Shown here: in pieces, positions 53,429-64,000 of the stretch
Numbering within the stretch: position 1 is the first letter of the stretch
How the letters are laid out: every line of letters begins with the position of its first letter
Assembly: GCA_951406725.2 (NCBI GenBank)
Contig: OX597821.1
Coordinates: 81,592,001 to 81,656,000 of the forward strand
Length of the DNA stretch: 64,000 bases
Direction: 5' to 3'
From: Octopus vulgaris
Taxonomy: Eukaryota
The notes under the pieces: model-generated
Seen by the model: the letters and a program-made list of their open reading frames with translations, nothing else
Told to the model about the DNA's origin: nothing
Databases searched by the model: none
Translations under genes and position numbers: made by a program

Positions 53429-54562
53429 TTATCATGTGACTTTCAGTTGTAGAGTAAGACTCAACAGAAAACCCCAGTCTAGAAGAATGAAACCTTTTCA
53501 TTTAGTTGTCATAGTGACCTTAACCCCTCACTGCACCTGACCCACGCATTGCACTGACCCACTCCCAATGGCAGACACCAAATTCTCATACAAAGACTCT
53601 TCATTTAGACTTTGAGACATTGTTAATGAGTAGTAGTAGTAGTAGTGTTGGTGGTGTTGATAGTAGTTGTAATAGTTGTTGTTGTTGTTGTAGTGGTAGT
53701 AGTAGTGTTGGTTAGTAGTAGTGTTTGTTGTAATGGTAGTTGTAGTAGTGGCAGCGGTAGCATCATTATTATTATTATCATTATTATAATTAGTAGTAGT
53801 GGTGGTGGTGGTGGTGGTGGACAGAAGGAGAAAGGGAGGGAGAAGAGAAGAATACTCAGGTTTTAAAGACTTATATATAATGTGAAGCTCTGAAATTTTG
53901 TATCATAAATTAAAATGTTACTGGGAATATATCAGTTTTTATTGAGGCTAAACATACAGATGACACACAGACACACACAAATATTCTCTCTCTCTCTTTA
54001 ACGCATAGGAAATTCTAAATGTTTACTTCCTTGTGTAAATACACACACATATGTACAGTTGTGTGTATAAGGGTGTTTGTGAGCATGTATATTACATAAA
54101 TATATATTGCTTTTCTCTTTAGTTCAAGTTTTAGCACAGCCTCATGTATGTGTGTATGTGTGAGTATACACACATATACACACAAATGTCACTGTAAAGT
54201 TTGATATGAAATAATAGTAACTATGCAGCTTTAGTTGTTAATAAAGTTAGAGACGCACCCATGTGATGGGGGGGAGAGAGGGAGAGGAGAGGGAGAGAAA
54301 GAGAGGAGAGGGAGAGAAAGAGAGGAAGGGGAGAGAGAGAGCAGAGGGAGAGAAAGAGAGGAAGGGGAGAGAGAAAGGAGAGGGAGAGGGAAGGAGCAAG
54401 TGAGGAGAAGGGAGAAATAACACTACAATTAAGAGCTAATTAACAATACAGTCCAATAACAAAACTGTTGCTCTTCTCTCATTCGTGTCTTTTTGTCTTT
54501 GATTCTAAACAGCAGAGTTAAGAATTTAAAATATTCCCAACAATGATCAAAGACTGCTGCTG

Positions 54563-54595
<33 letters not shown>

Positions 54596-56308
54596 GTCGT
54601 CATCAATGCCACCAACATCACAATTTGTATTCGCAAAGATGAATATCTGAAGAGGCTTGGATAATGTCTGAAGGAAGCTTGGTCCAGGAGAGATGTGTGT
54701 ACTGCTTACATGTTTAAAAAAATGGGGTTTTTTTACGGAAGACTGAGCTAAATGAAATAAATAGAAGTGTAGAAAGAAAAACTAGGAAACACAGAGTGAT
54801 TCAGTCACTGAAATGAAATACAACCTAAGAGAATTTACAAGAACTATATAGAGACTGTTCTGAATCCTCAAATTCAAAATATAAAACCTAAAACATGGCT
54901 ATGAACCAGAAACAAATGAACAAAATCTGTAAAAAAAACTTCACAATACAGGAGACGTGGGGGTAGACCAAGAGTGAGATGATCGGATAATATCCATTGT
55001 CTCAGCTAGTTACACTATTATTATAATTATTATAGCAGAAAGAGTAATAGCATTTGCTTCTAAGAGGACCCTCAGGACCCTACCTCTGGAACCCACTCAG
55101 AAATATAAGCAAAATTATGGGATATAATTTCATATTGTTATTAGAAGCAGTATTGAAAAGCCCAGAAAATTTACTTGTGTTCTTTCGGGAGGTTTTGGTT
55201 TCTAAGAATTAATTCTTAGCCAGTTCAAATGGCTGACACTTCTCATTTGATAATATCTTATATTTTGGAATTGAAGAGAAAAAATTACCACAAATCATTA
55301 CTCAATGAGATCAAACTCAAAAGAAGACAAAAGGTAAGCGAAAAGAAATGGCATGCATAACCTATATGCATACAAGGAAAAATAAAATTTAATTAAATAA
55401 ATATTTTCTCAGACAAATTCATATTTCAACAAAATGGCATCAAGAGTTATTTCCCATGTTTATCATTTATGCATAGGTAACAAAGAAAAAAGAACATTTC
55501 GATTCATCCGCCAGCCAGTTTTGAAGATAATCAAAGAAAAATTTAATGAGTTCAAGCCACTTACTCAATGAGTATTTTTGCCAAATTTGGTGAAAAGCCG
55601 TTCAGCCATTTTCCAGTAATTTTGCAAACACACAAACAAATATGAGCAACTACAACAATAACCCTGCTTTTCTTACGTGTGCAGGGTGAATTAACAAATG
55701 TTTTAACTGAGAATGTGGACACAAACAAACCACCTTGATGTTATAATGTTAATAATAATGATAATGGTTTCAAATTTTGGTTCAGGGCCAGCAATTTCGG
55801 GGGAGGGGCTAAGTTGATTACATGGACCCTAGTACTCAAGCGGTACTTATTTTATCAACCCTGAAAGGAATGAAAGGCAAAGTCGAGCCCTAGTGGATGA
55901 AATGCTGCTAAGCATTTTGTCCAGCATGCTAATGATTCTGCCAGCTTGCTATCTAATATAATAATAATAATAATAAAATAATAATGCTGATGATGATGAT
56001 GATGATCGGTAAGAAATTAACTAATGTTATTGATAGGAATGTAGGCAGACAAATGAAACCAAATGCCAAGTCTTAGAAGACTTAACAAAAGCAATAGTTG
56101 TTTCTAATTTAGACACAAGGTCAATGATTTGGAAGGGATAAGTTAATAATATCAACCCCCAGTACTAGGCTGATACTTAATCCCCACCACCACCAACACT
56201 TCCCCTAAGGAAGTTGACTCTGGTGGATGAAATACTCCTCACCTGAATGTAAGAGGAAAAAAAAAAAAAATCCCAAGGCTGTAACAATTCTGCCAATCCA
56301 CTACCCTC

Positions 56309-56342
<34 letters not shown>

Positions 56343-56852
56343 CACCATCATCATCATCATTGTTTAATATCTGTCTTCAGTGCTAGCATGAGTGGGACAG
56401 GAGAAAGGCTCACCAGGCCAAAGCCTGCACCAGACTTCTGCGACAGTTTTGGCAGGATTTTTACAGCTGGATGCCTTTCCTAACACCAACCACTCAGTAG
56501 AGTGAACTTAGAGCTTTTTACATAGCACAAGAGGGGGTACAATACAAGGACTGTGTGGTGGGGGGAGGGGATTTCAAACATGCACAGGACTGGAATTTTA
56601 TGGAGAAGTCTGACTTTTTGATTTCTACCATAAACACAAGGCCACACATTTTGAGGGCAAAAATATTCTTTTGCTCCTTTTATATGTTTCAGCCCCGAGG
56701 CTGTGACCATGCTGTTGATTTAATTGTTTTCAGTACATGATTGGTATTGATTATATTGATACTGACTGCAACAATGTATGACGAACTCAACCTTGGCCAG
56801 ATTTTAAACTTAGAACAAATAGGGATGTCCCTAAATACTACAAGGACATTAA

Positions 56853-57070
56853 CCCTTTTGATGCCAACCCACCTGAGATAACTCATGGTTCTCTTATACA
56901 AACTTCCCATTTTGAAATGATCTAAACCAAAATCTTCTATTAAAATCTCATGTTACTTTCTTCCAAACATCAGCTTTAATAATGACAAAGTCATTTCACT
57001 AAATTCTTCATTATTTTTCAAAGTTAATTGAAACAAAAAGTATTTCAGCAAATATAAGATAATGGAAGGG
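56853..57070. mobile_element. piggyBac-like MITE (same family as 16660, opposite orientation)
   Basis: ttaa-cccttttg ... gaaggg-ttaa. Confidence 0.7.
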
Positions 57071-59219
57071 TTAAAGTTGTTCACCACTATACTCTGTAAT
57101 ATACTGTCCTCACTAATAAGGAGAATAGAAAGAAGAGGAGGAGGAAGAAGAAGAAGAGGAGGAGGAAGAAGAAGAAGAGGAGGAGGGAGAGCTGGTTCCA
57201 CCAAGTTTCAGTCAAGTGACGTGATGATAATGGTAATAGCATTTTTGAAATAAAAATTCCAAAGATAAAGTAGTAAATTTTTCATGTTCTGGGCAAGGAG
57301 ACCATGAAGAGGTGACTTTCAAAACATTTGTATATTTCACAAGACAAGAAATTTAAATGAAACTCCTCAGGTGAACGTATGAAAACATCAAAGCATGGGC
57401 TTGCTTTAATGAAAGGTTGCCTCCAGAGAACAGTAACCATCAATAAATTTTGAAATGGTGACGCCTTTTTTTTTAAATCACGTTGGTGAAAATATTTTAC
57501 AGAAAGAAATGAAGAAAGAAAGGAAGGGGAAGTAAGGGTGTATGTACAGGTGTATGTGTGTGTTTGGTGTGTATGGGTGCAGAGGTATGAACATATTTGA
57601 AATTGTAATGAGATTAATTAAGAAAAAAACAACAGACGGGGAACAAGAAATAGAGAAGGTGGAAATGAAGAGCAAGAGTGACTGAGTCTTTTAACAGGTG
57701 TGTGTGTGTGTGTGTGTGTATGTGTGTGTATGTGTGTGAGTGTATGTGTGTGAGTGTGTGTGTGTATGTGTGTGTGCATGCATATATGTATGGGGGTATG
57801 ATTTCTTCTCAAGATAAAGAAATAGCAGCAGTGGAGGGAAAAAGAAAAAAACTCACCAAGTTCCACTGGCAGATAGTTCAAGTTGCCTGGTATCAACCGA
57901 AGGCGAAAGCACCAGAATTTTCGGTACTCGTTACATATGACCAGACAACAATATAAGGGAACAAAGCAGTGACAACAACAAAAACACCCACCACCAGTTT
58001 CTGTGCGAATAATGGCATCACGAGTAATTACTAGTTTATCTCAATTAAATAGAAGACTGACAGAATGTGTGAGTATAGAGAGAGAGAGAGAGAGAGGGAA
58101 AGAAAGAAGGGGGTGAGACAGAGAAAACGAGAGGGAGGGAGGGAGAGAGGGTGCATATGATTGCTTGCCTGAGAATACAGATACTAACAGTTGCAGCCCA
58201 ACAGACGAGGTGGTTTCTCAGGAAAGAGTTGATGATGGCCAATTTCATGAGAGGTGGTGGCGTTTAGAAATGAGAGAATGTCAACAGGAGTCATTTTCTT
58301 AGTTTCACAGAGAGAACGAGAGAGAGAGAGAGAGAGAGAGAGAGTGAGAGAGAGGGGGGTTGTTAAACAGTTGGAGAGAGGAGAGGTGTAGGTAGAGTAA
58401 AGCAGTAGGCATAAAACTTTTGGTGGGGGTGGTTTGTCAACCAGTAATACAGAGTGGACCTATCAGTTGGATTCAGAACACCACCATCCCCCGCTCTTAA
58501 AACACATTCAATAACAACAACAACAACAAAAAAATGAGACAACTAAATCATCTACAAAACATTGTTTACCAAGTCTATCATGTTTTCTACAATTCTTGGG
58601 CCCAAACTCTGTCTGGGATACAACATTGAATCTATAGGTAAGATATGTTATTCAACTTAGTTCAGTACATCCACATATTAAATAATGCTTGACACATTTC
58701 ACATTTAAATTAGATTAATGATAAGAGAGGACACCCACTCATGTGCCATAGTCATTGCAACACCAAAAAAAAAAAAAAAAAAGTGCTTTAACAACAATTT
58801 CTGTAAATGTCAAAATTTGCAGGCCCTGTTTAGTGTAATTAAGAAAGTAATTTTTTCACTAAAATCTTCAAGTCATTAACGAGTTATTTCATCAAGCAAT
58901 TCATTAAACTTATTTTTGAAGTTCTTTTGGTACTTCTGAGACTGACACTTGGTTTCCACCAAGTACTTTTACCCTTGTGCTTTAAAGGCTGTGGGGTTAA
59001 CCTTTGTAATAAGCTTTAACAATCAGGATAGATCATCACCATCATTATTTTAATTTGTTAGGAGAGTGAATTAGCAGAAATGATAGCGAGTCAGACAAAA
59101 TGCCTTGACTAAAATCATATTTTAAGATCAAATCCTGCTGAAGTTTATTTAAGCTTCCACAGCCACTAAAATAAAGTATCAGTGAAATACTGAACGGAAA
59201 GAGGTGATCTAATTGACCA

Positions 59220-59356
59220 TACGAGGTGTGTCCAAGAAGTATCCAGGAATTGACAAGGCCTACTGGCATGCACTTCTCATCCAAAGGATTTTGCCCATAC
59301 GGCATTAGTTTTGGCAGGAAAAAATAAAGTCAGATGCTTTTTGAACACACCTCGTA
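59220..59356. mobile_element. Tc1/mariner-type MITE
   Basis: TA-flanked TIRs cgaggtgtgtccaagaagtatc / gatgctttttgaacacacctcg. Confidence 0.85.
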
Positions 59357-62300
59357 TACCTCTCATAGAATTTGAGTCTTTGTACTTCTGCTAGAAATTA
59401 GTACAATAGCAGCACCAGCTGGACTAATCTGCAACATTTTCCCTATCATCTTGTTCTTGATTCTCAGAGAAATGCTATTTATTAATTGCAAAACCAAACA
59501 CAACATAAGATTGCCAGTAATGAGATTTTAAACCTGATTAGAGTTTCGTATTGTGTAAGTGAAGTGTTAGAGAATCTACAAGTTGTGAATTTGTTGATTC
59601 TCTAGATTGGTCTGCTGGTTTTAATGGATTGCTCCGTTGGTCTGATTATATTGATAACTTCCAAGCATCCCAGACTGAGCAAAACTGATTAGGACTGTAC
59701 AACAGCAACAAGAACAACAGTCTGCCAACAATGCTGTCGTGCTAAGCTGGAAAGACTCTCACTGGTAGAATTTGAGCAACCAACATTGGGACCATACAGA
59801 ATTCCTTTTCTACTCTACGCACAAGGCCCCAAAATTATGGGGGAGTATGCAACTGGTACTTATTTAATTGACCCTGAAAGGATGAAAAGTAAATTTGACC
59901 TCGGCAGAATTTGAACTGAGAACATAACGACACAAAATACTGCTAAGCATTTCGCCCCACATGCTAACATTTCTGCCAGCTCAATACCCTGAACCATACA
60001 TAATTCCAATCAAAAACTGTATGTATGTTTCAATTAATTTGGAAAATAATACAAAACTAGGACAAAATTAGTAAAATAACTTCTTCATTTTTAATCTGTT
60101 GTTGCTAGAAAATTGTGATATGAACCTTTTGAAAGGAGAGAGTTTGTATCTTGGAAACTTAGGAGCCATTACAAGTAGGTTAGTATAAAAAAAAGTCAAA
60201 TTATTATGTAACATTCACTCTGAAATATTGGAACCATGTCAAACCTCAATATTTCACATGATGACATGATAAAATCGCTTGTGACCATACTAATTGACCT
60301 CCTGTTTAACTGCCCTTCCATAATTAATTCAAATTGTTGTGGTTTAACCCTAGGTCAACTATGATCAAAAGGTACTCCAGTCATCTTTTTGTTTTTCGCA
60401 GAGTTTATCTAGAAATACATAAAACAAAGTATCCTCCTTTTTTAAAGAGACACTTGATTTCTATTTCTAGCAGGTTGAACGAACCATTTAAAGGCTCCCT
60501 CACTGGCTTGTTCAATGTAATTTTCTTTGAATACATCACAGCCAAGATCACATGATCAAGATGCAATAACAAATTCTTCCATCTGTTACATGTAATAGCA
60601 ATTTTCAACTAATTTGTTTAACCTTTTTGATACCAACCCACTTGAGACCATCCCTACTTCTATGATATAAGTGGCTCGTTTTAAAGATCTACAGAAAAAC
60701 TTTCCATCAAAATTGTTTGTGATTTTAAGTCCCAAACACCAGCTGAATAAAGATATTTTACTAAATTCTTTGTAACTTTAAGGTCCATCTTGAGACCCTG
60801 TCCCCACTGTTTTTATTGCTTTCCAGCTCCAGCTGACCATTCCTACTGTTTCTTCTAAGAGTCATGTAACTCTTCTACAGCAAGAAGCCTGTTTTGACCT
60901 GGCCCCTTCTCTTATATATTTAGCAGTAATAAAACCTTCCCATCAGTTGTGCTAACTAATGGTAACCTCATTAGTGCTGGTCGCATGAAAAAAAAAAACC
61001 CACCCAAAACACACTGTAGCGTTGTTGGTATTAGGGACAGTGTCCAGCCAGAGAAACTACACCGAAGCAGCAACTGGAGCAAAATGGAGCTCCTGGGCCG
61101 ATTGAATCCTGTCAAAGCATTCAAACGAGGATGAAGAATGGCAGGATATCTCAACAGAAGCAGAGTAACAAAAAAGTTAAGTCATTTTTTAAGGAACCCA
61201 GATCTAATTTTTTACAATCCATAGTTTCAATAATTGAATATTTAGACATGAATTCTTTCTCTTGATGAGCAAATTAGGATCGATTGGGAAAATAGGTGTT
61301 TCTGTTCGTTAAGCATGCAGTGATTTAGGCAAAGACAAAAGTGACTTCTAAAAAGTGGAAACATTGTTATTTGTTCTTTTTGTTACAATGATGTAACATT
61401 TAACTATTACCTCTTTAACAGCTTTGTATTCTCACAGATTATCTTTCACTAATCTCATCACTATTGAATAAAATTTCAATTAAAGTAACTTTTTAACTTC
61501 TTTTTTTTTGTGCAATCAATTTTACTAAAATAAATAATGAAAAAAAAATTCTTTTTTTTCCAGCTTTTGGCAAGAGAAATCTTTGTTTTGTTACCTCATT
61601 TTTATTTCTCTTTCATACAGACACCTTTCAATTCTTGCATAGGTCAGGTGGGGTTCATTGAGGCAGGTGATCTTACCAACCCTCACCTTTTTCCAAACAG
61701 TGTAATATTCACTCCAAGTCCAGACATGTTTTCAAGGCAGGTTGCAAATACTAAAGCTACTCAACTACTAATCACTATCTCTCTCCCTCTCTCAACCCCT
61801 CACCAAATAGGACCTTATTCAGATCACCAATTCTCAATGATACTCAATCACCATCTATTTATTTCAACTAACAATGCCTTCTAATTCATCAAACTAAATA
61901 TTGATTTCATATTTTGGCACAAGGCCAGCAATTCTGGGGGAGGGGGTAAGTCAATTAGATCAATCCCAGTGTTCAACTGGTTTCGATCCTGAAACTATAA
62001 AAGGCAAAGTCGACCTCGGTGGAATTTGAACTTAGAACGTGAAGATAGACACAACGACACTAAGCATTTTGTTGCTATGATTCTACCAGCTGACCACCTT
62101 ACATCAAGTTAAATATTAACTGCTGTCATCTCAAACACTCATTCATTCCGTCACCAGAGTTGGAACCTTTCAAGACTATGGGCAGTGTCCCTTCATTTAG
62201 GAGTACAATAAACAGCAGCAGCTAAAAAAAATCTGCTAATATTAGAGATAGAAACGAGTAAGAGAGAAAGACAAATGGAACCGGTTCCATCAGTTCTTAT

Positions 62301-63354
62301 CACAGCAACCTTCTCTCATTGGCAGCTGTAAATTTCTGAGCAACAAACTAACCATTCTGTCTGTGACCAAACTAATCAGAGATAACTGCAACTCTGTATC
62401 AGCCATGAAGACAGCTGTCAGAAAGTTACTGGAATTATCTTGTAGAAATGAAGATGTAGATATATTATACAAGTTTGTACTTAAATTTATTACTCTTCTT
62501 CCCTCTCTCTCTCTCTCTCACTCTGCCCATCACTCTCACTGCTGCAGAGAGAAAAAAATTCACTGAAGGAATGTTGATAATCAAGTAAGATCTTTTTAAA
62601 AAACCAGCCCGACCAGTAGTGATGCGTAGGTAGTTACTACAAGCAGTAAAAGACAATCAGTGGGTTAGTAGTTGAAAAAGTAATTCAACCTATGGACTAT
62701 ATTAGACAGAAAAGTAGAAAGACTTTTTTAAGCCTTACTTATTTATCAAGGATTGACTTAAGTGTATTCAGAAACCTAAAACTGAATACCATGTCTGAGA
62801 TTTTCTTAGGTTAACGCCTGTTAAGCAAGATAACTTGTTTTACCTGCCTTTTCAAAGATTTTTGTTTATGTTTACCAAAGTAAACTTTAGAGAAGTTATT
62901 TTTAGATAAAGAACTGTGAAAATATTTGGCGCAGTAAAAAAAAAAAAAAAATACTAACTACACATCACTAAATGATGGGGGGGGGGGGGAACTTGCACAC
63001 TTAGAGATGACTTTATTTCTAGTTGTCAGAATGAATCTCATAGGCAGATGATAGAAAAAGCAACAGATTGGCATGAAGTTGTTAAATTATACCTTAGAAA
63101 GTTGGCATTCATGCATAAAATAAATAGGGCCAGAATGTTTTGCAGACTTATGTAACTCACAACAAGTATGTAACAGCAGTAGTAGCAATAATGTTGGTTT
63201 TTGATGATAATGATGATGATTGCTTACATAAATATAAGCCTCATATATATATATATATATATATATAAAAGAAGAAATATAATTGATGTGCATATTTACT
63301 AGAAAGACATTTGCTATGTTACAAAATAGTTCCAATAACAAACCGATGCCATGT

Positions 63355-63820
<466 letters not shown>

Positions 63821-64000
63821 ATCAATTAGGTTTGATATCTAGGTTCAATTCAATGTCATTGAGCACTTTATGGAACTATAACTTACACAGAGTAGAGAGT
63901 ATTTAGTTCTTACCACCAACTCCTTTTTATATATCGAGTAAGGCCACTTCCCACACGGGACTGATATTGTATGTTCTTCGACACTAATCGGTCAGTGTAT

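Noticed and set aside
52935-53501. 188-aa ORF MKRFHSS...
   Set aside because: Runs through a (CT)n microsatellite and a retroposon; no phase-compatible donor found.

Overview
AT-rich, repeat-dense animal genomic DNA. The SINE/LINE/MITE families and microsatellite load look like Octopus (cephalopod); this comes from repeat recognition, not a database search. The whole window appears to lie inside one large minus-strand gene, most likely tensin. Five well-supported coding exons (43308-43514, 38355-40094, 25962-26233, 4693-4858, 2753-2851) splice in frame and encode the central low-complexity region, including a GPLDGSLYA motif, LD-like motifs and TPxFPVSP motifs. The N-terminal PTP/C2 and C-terminal SH2/PTB exons are not visible and presumably lie outside the window. 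Several extra cassette, micro and alternative first exon candidates exist. Introns hold tRNA-derived SINEs, CR1-type LINE 3' ends, a decayed Ty3/Gypsy element with an apparently exact 1151-bp tandem duplication, hAT/mariner/piggyBac-type MITEs, a 33-bp minisatellite and several long palindromes, one with a hammerhead-ribozyme-like core. Most short ORFs in the track are spurious. I found no convincing wholly new biological system; the best leads concern splicing and RNA structure.
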